DNA of 64,000 bases. Origin: Takakia lepidozioides (lineage: Eukaryota; Plantae; Bryophyta). This document shows, piece by piece, positions 24,922-39,120 of the stretch. Each line of letters starts with the position of its first letter. Position 1 is the first letter of the stretch. The notes under the pieces were generated by a model that worked only from the letters and a program-made list of their open reading frames with translations, had not been told where the DNA came from and searched no databases. The translations under genes and the position numbers were made by a program. The stretch is taken from NCBI GenBank assembly GCA_030704615.1, contig CM060731.1:51274001-51338000 (forward strand). Direction: 5' to 3'.

Positions 24922-27900
24922 CGTAGTTGGCTCGGCTGTGAAGGTTGCTCCTGGTTCAAACCTTGATCCGTTTGACCTTTGTTGTAAATATGGAATGTAG
25001 GGGGCACTATGTTTCATCACATCCCTTTCTAGGTCGGCCTCCTCTACAATTCTCATTTCAATAATCTCGCCGTTCTCCTCCTGAGGAATCTCCGGTTCCT
25101 GCAGACCAACTTGTTCGGCGGATATCGAGAAGAGCTCGGTTAGTGGTTCGAACTCTGGAAGTGCCTCGGTTGATACCGAGTGTACCATCACCTCCTTGCT
25201 TTGGCTTTCTCCGAATAACCAGGCGATGCAGTCTGCATCAGACTCGCATTCATATAAACCCAAACCTAGGGACTTGACGGCGTCCTCTAGTCCTACCTTC
25301 CTTCGCTTAACCTCCCTGCGAGGCACGGTGCTGGTTCCTAATACTCGGTGGGCATGTGACGTTGGATGGATCTCTCTATCTGTCCACCAGTCCTCCTCAC
25401 TCAAGTCCACAGATTCCTCTTCAGAATCAATCATGCTGAGCTCATCCTCATCTGTTTCGTGGGGAGGTGCTCCCGAAAGAAAAGCGACTGTAGTCGTGTA
25501 AGGTTTTATCCCATAAGTGATGGTACCTGCCCCCCAGTCCGTTCGAGCTCGGGACTGGACCAACCATGGCCTTCCTAGTAGGAGTGCGTAGGAATACTCA
25601 TCAATGGGAAATCTTTGATCTGGAAATCTACCGCGTACGTGTAGCCTCCGGTCTTTAGTCGAACATTCGCTAAGTGACCCACTGATCTGATCTTTCGTTG
25701 GTCAGCCAGTCTGATTAAAAAATGGAGACTCCCCTGTCATGTTCAATCCTAACTTTGACAGGGTGGAGAGTGGCATGATGTTGACTGAGCTCCCATCATC
25801 CACTAAACAACGTCGTATCAGACGGTCTGCAATCTCCACTTCTATTTCTATTGGGCCCGGATCAACATGAGCGTTAATGTGGTGGGTCTGAGCAAAAGTA
25901 CCTACTCGCTTCCTCACCAAGGATGCCTTGAGAGCATGTCAAACTGTTGGTGTCAGTGCTATGAGTTGGGCAAATGTAATGTTTGCCTGAATGTGGCGCA
26001 AGTCTTCCATTAGATTATACGGCTCCAACTCATCGGTGAAGCGCATAGTGGGAGTGTTTCTCCTTTTGGGAAGCTTCGCTGGTGCTACTGGTCGATTGGC
26101 CGGACTCTTTGTTCTGGATGTCAAAAGTGGCCGAGAAATGGGTGGCCGGACTGCCGGAGATTCGGCCTCTATAAATGCTACCTCCTCCTTATCCTTGGGA
26201 TGGGTATCCTCTTCCTCCCTGAGTATAGTTTCCGCCACCTTCCGTGCGTCTGACTTCATGACTTTAAAGTTCAGATCTTCCTGTTCTGATGCCGATGTGG
26301 CTGACTCCAACGCCACATACCCAGGGCCTTTCCCTAGCTTATCTCGTTGTTGTCGGGTCATTACTACATACCTTCTTTTTTTTGTGTTAACCTGCATAGT
26401 TTGAGTGGCGCCGAGCTCATTGGAAATCCAATTGACTTGGTGGTGCGTCTCCTGTTGACGGGACGACTGACTGGGATGCATACTAGCCTGCTGTTGGGAT
26501 GGCGCTGAAATAGACGCGTGCTGCCCTCCCTGCACCCTTACATCCTGAGGGGGAGACCACGTATTAGAAGAACCCTGGGCTATCTGAGCCGCAGGATTTG
26601 AATAGGCTGCTCGGGAATTCTGTCCCATAGCTGCATTGCCCCCAGAATATGATGGGCCTGCCTGATCTGTTCTAGGCCGCTGCGCTATCTGCGTTGGAGT
26701 AGCAAAATACATGTTATGCTATTGTGGTAGAGGGTTGGGTGGTTCAGTGGTATACTGATCCGGGAAGGGTGCTCGCTGCCCTTCCAAATTCCTGTCTATT
26801 TGTTGAATGGTGGCTGGCGTAGGCTGGTCCACTTATCTATGAGGACATTTGTCCAAGGGGTGACCTCGTTGGTCGCAGTGCAAACACACCATGTCACTCC
26901 AACAATTTTCAGTTGGGTGAGTGGTTCTTCCACATTTTTGACATCCTCTACGGGATTGATTGACTTGCCTTTTTGGCCTATCTTGATAAGTTGGGTTCCG
27001 GCTTACCTGCCTTTCCCGAATGGGATAAGGACAGTGCTGAGACGCATGTCCCGAGTTGTTGCAATTGGAACACCATACCTTGGCCGGGTTGAGGCCGAAC
27101 TTTCCTACTGGGGCCGCATCTCGGTACCCCACATAGCTAGTAATCTGCTGACCGATTGAGCTCATGCGGTCCCCATTGTTTCAATGGTCTTGATGAGAGA
27201 AGTGACTTGTGCCTCTAGATGGCCCACTCGCGAATCGGATTGTCCGCTTGAATCTACCTGTGAGTTGGTAGGAACAACATTCATGTATTGCGGCACCGTT
27301 GGCGCTACTACGGGGTGTCGGGGACGTTGATGGGGCATAGGGTCTCACTCCTCCTACATAAGATAGCGTGTAATGCAGCGCGGGCTGGATTACCGCTAAT
27401 GGTGTCGGCTCCTGCGCGGGCTCGATTGAAATGTACGATGGTAGAGCAAAGTCGGGCATCTTAGCTCGTTGTACTTGACGATGCATGTTGTCAAATTCTT
27501 TGCCCACTTGTATGACATCTACCAAAGTTGCAGGTCTTTGCTGCAAAACATGAAAGTGAGTGGCCTCTCGTAATCCACTCAAAAAACAATCTTTGAGTAC
27601 CCCATGATCTAGGGGGGTCAAAGGGTTTTGGAGTCGCATTAGCTCCCTGAATCGCATTTCGAAGTCTGCTACCTCCTCTGCGGGGCCTTGACGAATCCTT
27701 GCCAGTGCCATCAAGACACTGGTGAACTGGTGGACTGCCCGAAAATGATCGGGATGCGTCCCGAATCTGCTGCCAAGTAATAAATATACCTGGAGCCTGT
27801 TGCCAATACCAAGTAGATGCTCTTCCCTCATGGTTGTGGGAAACCATATCAGCCAATAGGCATCATTTAGTGCTTGGTTAGAGTAACAACATTGAATGAA

Positions 27901-29870
27901 GCTTTTCACATGATATTCTGGATTTTCATGTGATTCCCCGGAGATCAAGGCAGATGCCTGGGCAATGTTAGCGGGGGTAAACCTGCTGGAACCACAATGG
28001 GTACCTCAGGAGGTCCTGGAATATGTGCCATAATTGACACTAATGACGGCGAGGGACTCCTTGACCTGGCCGGTGGGGTATAAGGGGGATTAGATATAGG
28101 GGAAACCACTCGTGAACACCCGATGTCCGAAGAACTTTCAGTGTTCTCTCCTTCCCACTCTATCTTTCCCAAACTTCTAGTTTCTGAGTCTGACTCTGGA
28201 CTCAATGCTGGGTTTTTCCCTAGCAACTGATCACGGACGGCTTCTCTAGCCAGTCTTCTCTGTAACCTGGTGTCAAACGATATGCTATCCAGGCTTGGGA
28301 GTGTGTCTCTCGATCCTGAGCTAGACATACACTCATTGTTGTACCGACGAGGATTCTCCTGCCTTTGTCAGTACTGAAGGACCTATATTTCCTTGAACTC
28401 CCATGTCAAGAATAAACGAGGTTAAATTTGCATACCTTCCATGAAACCGTGGCGATGGAGGCACGTCCGTGTGCAATCTTCCAGGTATCTTCCAATCTTC
28501 AGGTGGTCGAGGTATGCTGGAATACCTACACTCATCCAGTCTACGCACATAATGGGACGCCAAGAGCTAGCCTACGTGACAATGAGTGAAGAAATCTACC
28601 TGCCACCTTAAATGCGCTGTGAAGGAAGACCTGGGGTGCAAAGCCCCTAGGTATATCCCCGGGCATGAACAATACGGCCAGTTAAGCCTGTCGTTACACC
28701 AGTACAAATGAACTGGTGGGCATGTTGATGAGGGCTGTTCACACCAAACCCGTTTGTCTATCCACCCTTTCTTAATGGCTTTCCGTTGAGCTAAGCGATC
28801 GATGTACGCTTCTATTATAAGTTGAATTTTTGGTTCATGTTGCCAGAATCTGCTTTGAATCCTTTTGATCCAAGTCATACCCACTTTAGAAGTTCATGCG
28901 GCAAATTCTTATCACTCCAAAGCATGATGTGGATGACGTTTTAGATTTCAAGCATTGCATTGATTGTGCCAATTGGCAAACATGGTTAAATGAAATGGAA
29001 AGCATAAATGCAATTGCGGGGTCTTCCCCGATCGCTAGAGGCAGCTTTACTTCTGCTGCTGGCTCATCGTTATTTCTGCTGGCTGAGGTCCAAGGAGAGC
29101 TTCTAACGGAAGAAATAGCATGCACTATCTTTAAGGGAATGATAGGGAGGAAACTGATGGGGATTTCCCGTGCAAAATAAAATGGCGGTGGCCGCTCTGG
29201 GTCCGCAATGACGCCCTGAGGAGCTGCTAAAGGGGGACCTTCAATCCAAGTAATATCATGTATGGCTGGCGTCCAATCGGCCATCAGTGATTAATTCAAT
29301 GATCAATGCTGCTGCACTTTCACTGCGGCTGTTGTAAAATCTGGGTGGACACATATAGGTGATGGTAGTATTCGGGTGAGGCAGGCGTTCCTCTACCTCC
29401 AGATAGTCTTCTAATCCACACCCAAACAATCAAAAGGAAGGTCAATAAAACTCTTCTTGGTTAGATAGGAGATAGCTTCTCCAGACCTCCGAATAGTGGG
29501 ACGAGGACAATGAAAATCGATTCCCTCCTTAGCAATGGTTCGACATAGAGGGCAACACCCTAAATATGCCACTTATCAGGCGAGATGTGCTTCAAGCGAG
29601 GATTGCACGTTGAGGTTCCCTAAGAAGGGGGGTTGGCAACATCCGGGCCAACGCGTATTGAATCTGAAAAAAGGAAGAGATGGGAGAGCCACTTGTCATT
29701 TGAGGCTCGTGTTGTGGGCCTATATCGTGTCATTTCAGGCACCCGATCCGGCGAAGTGCGGACAGAAGATGCCATTGTGGTCTACAGGTTAATGCGCAGA
29801 CGTATCTTGGACATCGCCGAAGAGTACCGTGGGTACTGGATTTTGGCCAAAGTAGGGCCATTGGGAGACA
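24922..29870 (-). mobile_element. Nested 3'-truncated Ty3 element: LTR-like 5' end, upstream ORF remnants, gag, three CCHC knuckles, aspartic protease
   Basis: Starts TGTCTC at 29870. Gag-like WY..W..F..LARIRQGP.E.V..F..RF (27948-27181). CSNCNNSGHASQHC, CQKCGRTTHPTENC and CLHCDQRGHPLDKC. RCLVDDGSSVNIM. Confidence 0.85.
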
Positions 29871-29920
29871 GGGCTAACATCCACCTGGTACTGATGGGGT
29901 ATCGCATGTCATTGCAATAC

Positions 29921-30000
29921 ATAAGGATGAATTCAGTTGCTTACGTAACAAATAAGAGCATTAAGGATGAATTCAGTTGCTTACGTAACAAATAAGAGCA
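29921..30000 (+). repeat. 40-bp tandem duplication
   Basis: (A/T)TAAGGATGAATTCAGTTGCTTACGTAACAAATAAGAGCA x2. Confidence 0.9.
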
Positions 30001-33000
30001 CTCAGCTCAAATGAACAAGCTAGTGCCGGACCAGAAACAATGTCTAAGACTCTTGATGCCAGGAAGGCATTGACAGCACAGCCTGATAGGCAGTTGACTG
30101 AGGGCGTTGATGGGCAACGTGATCTGCAAGTGATGCATCATAGAAGGAATAATGCAGAGAAGAGTGTGTACAAGGAGATTCCAGCCAATGCCTTGGTCAT
30201 GCTGCTCAGAACTGATAGGAGTGACCCAATGATCAGTACTTGGGAAGGACCATACTCGTTTTCTGGATACAAGGATTACAAGGCCCCAAGTAAAACTGTG
30301 GAAAGTGAGCGCATTTGTGAACTAAAGGATGGATCGGGCAAAATTTGAAATTGGAGCATCAAGATGTATCATCCCGAGGAAGAGCTGGAGGAGCAGCCCA
30401 TTGCCAGCCGGGACGCCGGCACTTGAAAAAAGGGAGACGCTCTACATATGTAGGGCGAAATCGTGGTTCAATTTATTTTTGGTTTGAAGCTTGATATTTT
30501 TAAGCTAATTCCCAAAGGTAATATTTTTGAGGTGAATCACTGTATGTGTGAATTTCTGCTAAGCCCAGGGATGAAGTTAGCGATCCCTCAATGATGAATG
30601 GCGGGTACATTCATTGTTGATCCCTATAGTGTCGAGAAGGTAAGCTGCAAGCCGTAGGGTAGCTGATGTCAGCAGTGTTGTAATGGAGGTGCAGACAAAC
30701 AGCCAACTCGCGACTTGATGGAAGCCAATCTGTTCAATGGTTTGGGATTCTCAGTAGATAGGAGGATGGGCGTTTTTGGCTGGGGTTCGACCTGAGATAT
30801 AATTGGTGGACCCTCTCAGTTCAATCCAAATACCTTCCCATTGACCTCAAATTGGTGGATCACCGTCTCAGTTGAATCCAGATAGCTTTCCATCTCAGTG
30901 GCGACCTAATATTGGTGGCTCACCTTCTTTTACACCTACTTATGTTCATCAGCCATTGAGAGGTCTTACTCCAAAGATTATGTCATCTTCTCCTCATATT
31001 TCTCCTCCTGAGCCAATGAAGCAAGCTCTTCCAACAAGAATTGATAGGAGGAAAGAGAAGATTCTTGACATGATGATTGATGATTCTTTTGAGAATGTAC
31101 AGAAAATTGCAGAATTTCGAGATGAGATTGAAGCATGTTAGTCTTTAGACTGGTCTGATGAATGTCAACCTATTGAGGCTAATCATAAGCATCCTATCAT
31201 CTCCGAGCCTTCTATTGTGAAAGATGTTTCTCAAAGCAAAATGAATGTTAGGGCTACGGGGCACTTCTGGATATGCTGCTTATACCGTTCCAGTTAGTTG
31301 TGCTTAGACAGCTCCTACACCTCCTGTAGAGCGAAAGAGGGACTCACACAAAACACCCTATGTTATCCTTAAACTATCAAAGTGACCTTTTGTCATTCCA
31401 CACATGTGTTGCAATGGAAGTAGAAAGCATAGGTGCGGATGGAACTTCAAATGTTGAAATCAGCTTGTCTTGGGGTGATTGCATATGCGAGCAGCATCCC
31501 TGAGCACAAAACAACAATGCAGGAAGGGTGAAGCTCTTGGAGTGGACCCACTGGCATGGTGATTCAGTCATCAGAGGCCTTCACCTGCAGTCCTTGTGTT
31601 TAATGGTACAGAATCAATGCATGTGGAACACTAGAGAAACTCTTCTCTACACCAGAAAATGCACAGTTGTATCATGATTTTTAGTTAGCATAAGGTTCAG
31701 TTTCAAAATGCAGACTCAATGCATTGGGTTTGTAACAAGAGGGAATCAGAGGTAACTATCCTAAACCCTTGTTTACATCAATTACAGGGAGGTCACCAGT
31801 CAGTTTTAAGGATATGGTAGATGAGGTAACATCTATACACTAAGTTCCCAAGACCCTTCATCCCGCTGCTATCCACGCTGAAGCATAGCAGATTTCGAAT
31901 CAGTGATACGAGGAACACTAATTGTAATGCATGCATCCTGGACGAGAGAGAGAGAGAGAGACCTAAGATTAAATGTAAAACATGAATGGGTTAGTTAGTT
32001 TTGTTGTCAATGCTGCAACTACATGCTGTTACCTAGCATGCCACCTATATGCATGAAAGGAAGTGCATAACTATTGGAATTGAAACCCCATCCAACACCT
32101 AAGCCCTACGAGAGTTGCTTCTCTGCAGCAGAACGTGAACCCACTCTGAGCATTACAAATTACCCCAAACATTGTCCGTCACTTTATTCAGACCAACAAT
32201 CACTAGAGAACAACATCATTTAGACAGTTCCACCACCATGTCTACTTCCACATCCTTGGTATCAGCTCCAGCTCTACCCTTCATCACTCATCCTCCTCCA
32301 TTCTTCTTCATTCTCACCTCTGCAACCAGAAAAATAAAAGAGAGCTTTCAGCTTTGCCCGCCCGGCCTATATCCATCCATTTCCTCGTCTCCAGCCATCC
32401 ACCACCAGCCGCATCGCCTGACAATCCTTATCACCATGTTGAAGCTCCAATTTCCAAATAAAGCTCGTACAATAAAAATGAATAAAAAACAAAAACAACC
32501 GCCAGCGATGCCGATCGCTGCATTAAAATAAAAATGAATGCAGAGTTGGAGGCATTGACACAATTGTTCTTCATTACACAAGCAAATCACCGAACACAAA
32601 CATGAGCAAGTGACGGTGCCTTTGGCTGACATTTTGGGTGGTATACATATGGACAACATCTATACACAACAACAATACAAATACTTATAGTGACAATGAT
32701 CACACTGGTATTACTTCACTACAGAAATGTAAACATGTCCACTAAAATGTGCTGATGCATGCCTAGAGGTGTTTTGCTTCAATTCCTTCTACTGCTTTGA
32801 CGGCAGGACGAAGAAGATATTAATCATGATTCTCCGATGGGCTGAAAATCCGAGTCGCCCTTGACTTCACCACCATTGTCATGATCAGTGCTAGAATCGT
32901 CCTCCTTATCCGACCTCCCATATCCAAGCCTTTGAATCTGCAAGCGACCTCGAACCACATTTAGTTCTCTCTGAGGTCGACTCCTACTCCGGTCTTGAAT

Positions 33001-34199
33001 ACCATCCACGGTATCTAGCTTGTTTGTAGGACGATTGCCTACAAAAGATTGGACTGTTCTCTATCGTTTATGGACTTGGGACGCAATCGAAGGTGGTCTC
33101 GCAAGAGGTACTGGAGGGGGGTCTGCCCAAAATGGACCGGCATTAGATGGTCCGACATGTGAGGAACCACGGGTCTACTACGCAACACATCAGTTAAGGT
33201 GGAATTGTAGTGACAGGTTGTCATCATCCGAGGCTTCAACTTTCGTCCGGTCCAATGCAGCAGAATGATGTGTGCGTGTGGAAAACAGATCAACCCTGTT
33301 GCTCTTTAATGCCCGCTGTGTTGATGGGGAGCTAGATGGGTTTTGGCATTGTGGTGGAGCCGGTCGTATCGGTGAGGCATATTCTTGTCCCGTCGACTGT
33401 ACAATGGGTTTGGCACCATCATTTGTATGAACAGGGTTGCGTATGTCGCTCGGTCCTGGTAGTTCATCACCCCTAAGCTCCATTGGGGCACTATGGGTGG
33501 CTTCAGCGTGTAATGGGGGGCGAGGGTCGACCCCAACTTCATTCTGATGACCCTGTTATGGGGAGGACACAATTGCAGCTTCACCTTCATCTGCGATATG
33601 TACTTCCTCAAGAAGGTCATCAAAGGTCGGCTGGATATAAGCATCCTCCTTTGTGAACGTAAACGGGTCATACGCATTTTCGGGACCATCATCGGATCCA
33701 TCTTCACTATCAGAGGCAGATGACTCCCTCTGAGATGATTCCTTCTGAGGTTCAGTATCGTCACTCATCGAATCTACCTCAGAAGCAAAGTCTTCGGAAT
33801 GCAAATTCCTCTCATACCATGCTGCAGCATCATCCCATTAGGGAAAGAATGGGGCCTCCATAGGGCCTCCTCTCTTTAGGAGAAAGTAACCATTCGGTCA
33901 ACTTGAAAAAAACCTGAACGGTCAAGATCGATTTGATCTAACGGCTATTAGCTTAAATTAAAAAATCTGCCCGATTTAGCAATCATTAGGGTCCTAATCA
34001 GCGCTCCACGCGGATCGCCGCCCTCCCCACGCAATTTAGGTGCATCGCTCCCGCGCTCCAGCTCAATCGTGCTCCCGCTCAATCGCTCGTCCCACGCTCC
34101 CACTCAATCGCTCGTTTCCCCCAATCTTGGATCTATCAGTTTGAGCTCACAAAGAGCATAGGTACGATGGCGAACACAATTTGAGCTCAGAAAGAGCAG

Positions 34200-34994
34200 G
34201 GACAGTGTTGACCAGAGCACCAAGAAGGACATAACCAAAGATGCCATCCTGAAGAACCAGGGAAAGTGTGATATTTGTAATGCAGATCCTATGGTGAAGT
34301 TCATGCGAGAGGCTCTTGAGAAGGCAGGCTGTCCTCTAGCAGATCAATTCTTCAAATCTGAAGTATGTGATATGCAAGTTGGTGGTGGCTTCAAGCGCGA
34401 TGATGGGGTCAGGTCTTTTCTGTACTCTCTCTCTCTCCCTCTATTTGTGGCATCCATAGCCACCATTGTCTTCGTCCCTGATGACTCTCCTACTTTGGTG
34501 ATTGCACAAAACTTCGTTGCTGCCCTACTGCTTGCTGGAGCTGGAGGCTTGTTTATAGGATCAATTTTGCTTAGTGGATTGCAAGAAGAATAAAGGAATT
34601 CGCGATTCTCTTGATTCCACTGAGCCTACATATTGTTGCAAGTTATTCCGGCTACCATTTGTCTTTCCAATGTCGTCACCTGTCTGATGAAGTCTTTTTC
34701 GACTGAAGCATTTCGGTGGACAGTTTCATTGACTTCAACACTTCTTTAGCCATTCACAACGAGCAGATTGTGTGTGTCTATTATCCTAACTGCCAAAAGA
34801 TGTGGTCGAATGCAGTCGATGAATAACTGATTGTAGCAACATTCCTCCCTCAAGCTCCTTACGAGATGAAGTCATATGTGCAGGGGTAAATTAAGTGCAA
34901 GGTGCGGTATATTGATGGGTTCTCTACTTTGCAGGTGGTGATCTGCAGCAACCATTTGATGATGCAGGATGAAATGGACGTGGCTATGACCCAT
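34200..34994 (+). pseudogene. ATP23: Mitochondrial metalloprotease ATP23 (peptidase M76) 5' fragment, two exons, cut at the HExxH motif
   Basis: DPMVKFMREALEKAGC..FFKSEVC..VGGGFKRDDG | intron 34408-34934 | VVICSNHLMMQDEMDVAMTH, then unrelated sequence. Confidence 0.85.
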
Positions 34995-36508
34995 CTGCAC
35001 TTGTGGCTCAGAAGTTGTTGACTTGGCACCAGAAGAAAAGTGGGGTCAAAAGCCTCAGAAACTCATAACCAGGTGGGTGAGACAGCAACTTCTCCTGTTG
35101 CAGCAATTGATTGCCTTTGATATGAATGGTGGTATTCCAAGTGCCGAATTGGTTCCAGTGAAGTGGGGACGACGACTGTGGGAGAGGAGAGTGGAGATCC
35201 CACTTTGAATGGAGTATGGAAGAGTGGTAGCATTTAGTGGTTATGCTGCTTATATGGCCTGCTTGTTTAACTAGGATGTGGCCTTTGTTCAGAAGGTGAA
35301 CTTTTGAAGTAGTAGATGTGGTGCAGCTGGGCATAGTTTTCCCCAGACCTTCAGCCCTCGAGTTGCTCATTTCCATTGCTCCCTTGATTTTGGTTGGATG
35401 ATCATGCGACATCTTCACAAATCAGGAGGTATTTTTAAAGAAAATTAAAGACATATTTTTCTAATCAGACCTCTCAGCTAGCGCCCTATTCCGGTGTGAC
35501 TGGTGCGGAAATGGCAGCCCATGAGAGGGAGAGAGAGAGGGATGGGGGTTTGAGAGATGAATGTGGGGTGTAGCCATGGCTCAATGAAGATAAGAGGAGG
35601 GCAGCACTGGCAGAGAAGCATCTACGTGGGGCTGCTGCTCGCACCACCAGAGCTCCGTGACTCAAGGTTTAAAGGTATGTGCAAATCTCTCTTCTCCTTT
35701 GTTTGTGGACGGAGGAACTGTCCCACTGAACATGCCAAAAAATGCTGACAGAGCACACACTCTCTAGGGGTGGCAATCTCATACATTTTGTGATAGTCCA
35801 GTCACCCAAATGACAAACAATCATTTGACCACGTTGCTCTATTTCACTTGCCAGGTATCTGTGTTTCAATGAATTTGCAGCTTCGTGTGAAAAAGTTTAC
35901 TGTGCTGACGTTTGTGACCTCCTTTCGCAGGAAATGTCACCCAACAAGTGAAAGAAAGGCCCCAACCTGAAAAATTCAAGTCATAACCACCCCTATCGCA
36001 AGCCCCCCCAAATCCTCCTTGAAGTCCCTGTGGCTTTTCTGTGCTCATTTCTTCACTGCCAAAACACTGCAGCAACAAGGTGTCTATACCAGTAACAGCA
36101 GCTGTCCAGGAGCTTCCACACGCTACAAATACAACGCAGAGGTCAGCCAATTGTCAGTACTTGCAGCCAATTGATTTCGTGTTGGTTCAAGAGTTGGACA
36201 ACCAAAACACTAATGTAATATATGTATGTACAAATTTTCTCGGTGCAGTCATATCTACAACTCAAGAATTGATTAAAAAATAATGCCTCGAAGTACTCTA
36301 GCCACAGTGACGGCACAGATCACATCCACTTTGGTACTGAAAGTGGAAGGATCATAGCTCGTCGTTCTAAAACATTGTATGAGGAACAACAACTGATCTA
36401 TAGCCTAGACAGTCGCACTCCTTGCAACTTCCAAATCTAAGTTCAAATCCGTGATCATTTCAGTGATGTTTTGTGCGTAGCAACAAGCCTATCAGACTGT
36501 GTTCAAAG

Positions 36509-38520
36509 ATGGCTAATGAGAGGGGAAGCTACAAAATTATCAGCAACCATAGCTGGGAAATATGCACCATTGGTACTAAGAATCGCATGCTTCATGAACA
36601 AACTCCGAAATCAGAATTCTCTCATAGACGAGAAGCAGGGACGAGTAATATTGATTTGTGGGTGGATGGATCTTTGTATCCACACAGCCCCGTCGACGGC
36701 AAACGTCCACAATTTCGGACAGTGAGCAAGTTTCTGGAATTTACTGGGGATGGCAAGAGCGGCCTACTGGGTTACTCTGAAAATCTTGCCGCAAATCATA
36801 CAAGAATTGAATTGAATTTCGTTGAGGCTCAGAAAGAGATATCGTTGTTGCGTGAGCTGGTCAAGAGTTTGCAAGATTCAGCTGAGGAGAGAGAGAGACT
36901 CTTACAATTCAGCAACACAGAAACATCACGTAGACAAAGAGTAGAGGAAGAAAATGGTCAGATTATGTTAGCAAGTGAATCGTTGAAAGCGGAGGTATCA
37001 GCTCTGAAAGAGCAATATCACAACATGAAGGCATCTTACGAGGAGTGTTTAGGCCGCTTGAACGCTGATAAACTGAGCTCCGATGAGCGCAATCAAATGG
37101 AGATAGAATTTTGGATAGAGATAGAATCGCTCAAAGAAGAGCACAAAAGGAAATTGGATTCGATTTGCTCTGAGCTACGCAGAACCAAGGCGACCTTGAA
37201 GCGACGGGAATTGAGGATGGAAAAAATGGTGAGGACTCCCTTTGGGTAGGGGTGTCGTCAGACCAAGGAAGGATATGGCTGAATTGGCGCCTAATGGCAA
37301 ACGTTTGAGGCGTTTAGCAAGAGCTATCATTGCCCCAGCTACTGCGAGAGAAATTCAAAGTGCAAATGCAACCAGGGAACGAGAAATCGCTTGTGTGGAA
37401 GTAAAGAGACACAAGTGCAGACTGCGAGGTGTTCGCCTCTATGTTGTCCCAGACAGAAGTTAAGTCAATGTGCGAATCAGCGAAGTTGAGCAAAGTTGGT
37501 GTGCATATGGCCAACTACTACTTGGATAAGATTGGGGAGAAAGTAGGAGCAAATGAGATTCTAGAAACTTGCGATCGGCAAGGTATAACGCACAATGGAT
37601 ATGGAGCCATCTATAAAAAGTTCAAAATGTCTGCCAAAGCTTCTGGTCGGGGCCTTCGCATTGGTTGCTTGCCAAATCCTCATAAGGTGTCATTGCTTCG
37701 GAAAGTGTTGAATCTCAAGCTATGTGAGTATGTCGGCAAATACTACTGCATCAACAATAGCCTTGAGATTCCAGCCACTGCCAAGTCAAAGAGCAACGAG
37801 CCTGTCAGAATGGCGCTCAATCATAATAATTCCATCTTTGTCGATGTGGAACAAGTGCAGCGCACAATGGTCGAACTCTACGGCATCACACCCGCAGGTA
37901 ACACCTTAATTTTGTAGTGTTGCAAGAGATGTAGGGTAAAGCTTCTGATAGGAATCGATTGATTAAACACCTGGGCATTGAGGATTTGGCTGTGTTTGGT
38001 TTCAGAATTGCAGGGACACCCTCTTATTTTTGTCATCAAGCTAGATGAAGCTGAAATTGTGCACGCTCAAAAGATGGAGAGAGTGTCTCTAACACTGATG
38101 AACCGGGCTTTGGACATTACGATTGAGCCAAACAGTGAACAACTCTTCTCAGTTCAGTCAGAGAGGGAGATTTGGCCCATCGCTTCATTCCAAGTGGTGC
38201 GGGAAACCTATGTAACATTGAGTTGGGTCTTCTCGCAAACTACCATTCCTGCGTTGATTCAAGCACAGGAGCAAGGACAGCCACTGGATGTCCCTGGTAT
38301 TGGATCCTTTCAGGTGGAATGGCATATGGCGGCAGCTATAAAGACAATAAAAGTGATGTACAACTTGGGAGCTGGAGCAAATAGCTTACACAGTTGCATC
38401 TACTGCAACCAAGAACGCACGAAGCCTGTAGTGGGCACCACTACACAAGCCCAAGCAGCCATAAAGAAACGAACCAAGTACACTTGGAATGAAGGGTTGT
38501 TTTCAAGGAAAGTGGACATC
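36509..38520 (+). pseudogene. RAG1/Transib/Chapaev-like DDE transposase, N-terminal two-thirds, with coiled-coil N-terminus
   Basis: LPNPHKV..R, intron 37898-38005, IFVIKLDE (first Asp), SVQSE.EIWPI...RET, FQVEWHMAAAIKTIKVMYNLGAGANSLHSCIYC. The last resembles RAG1 [25 protein letters not shown], with the second Asp as GCT (one base from GAT). Two frameshifts; C-terminus missing. Confidence 0.65.
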
Positions 38521-39120
38521 CTTGTCACAGGGCCCATGCTAGTTTGTTGTAGTAGACCTGGCAGGAAGAGACAGGAACACGAGAGTAAAAAGTAGCTTTG
38601 ACGATGTTGTAAAACGACAATCCCAGAAGGAGAAGTCCCGAGAGGCTTTCTACTCTCTCCTCACAGCTCTAGCCCTGAGACGCAACATAATCTAAGTCTA
38701 GTAGGAAGGCATGAAGCCCTTTGAACTCACCTTGAGGCTATAGATAGAAAGTGAATCACTGCAAATGCAGCTGATGCTGGTGCCCCGACCAGTGGCTCTA
38801 TCAACCAAGGCCTCCACTGCTGTAGACTGTAACCTTGGCCCCTTACCCATCTCCCCCTTCAAAAACACCAATAGCCTTCTAGATGGTAAGTGAAATGTTG
38901 TGCATACAGGTGCACATAGTTGGGTGTACAATGACAATCAAACTCACCACAGTCATACTGCCTCAACCCACCTCTGTAATATACTTGGCAATTTTATGCC
39001 ACCAATTGTGGATGTGGATGTGGATCCCAGAGCACAAGGCATCAGCCAGCCCAGATGATATAATTGCACCTGATTCTCCCGAGCATCAACTCGCTGGTCC
39101 AATACGACACGCCGATGCTG

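Larger units (their letters stand above)
23400..30435 (+). mobile_element. Old degenerate Ty3 pol/integrase, split by a nested element at 24922-29870
   Basis: IEFTGPF.ET..GNRFVLMAID..HGCPDLILSGKGKEW.GEF (catalytic Asps lost) ...GGDEWD, resuming at 29873 as ANIHLVLMGYRMSLQ and WEGPY. Purine tract GAAAAAAGGGAGA at ~30425. Confidence 0.75.

Noticed and set aside
31255-31590. Minus-strand exon-like pieces resembling a Rieske oxygenase (PAO-like) C-terminus (TPRQAD, LERYKQHIQKC)
   Set aside because: Matches are too short and stop-ridden to support a call.
35765-35776. TAGGGGTGGCAA as a hAT TIR
   Set aside because: No inverted partner found and the enclosed transposase is not hAT-like.
36303-36309. 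CACAGTG as an RSS heptamer
   Set aside because: No nonamer at 12 or 23 bp spacing and it is internal to the element; expected by chance.
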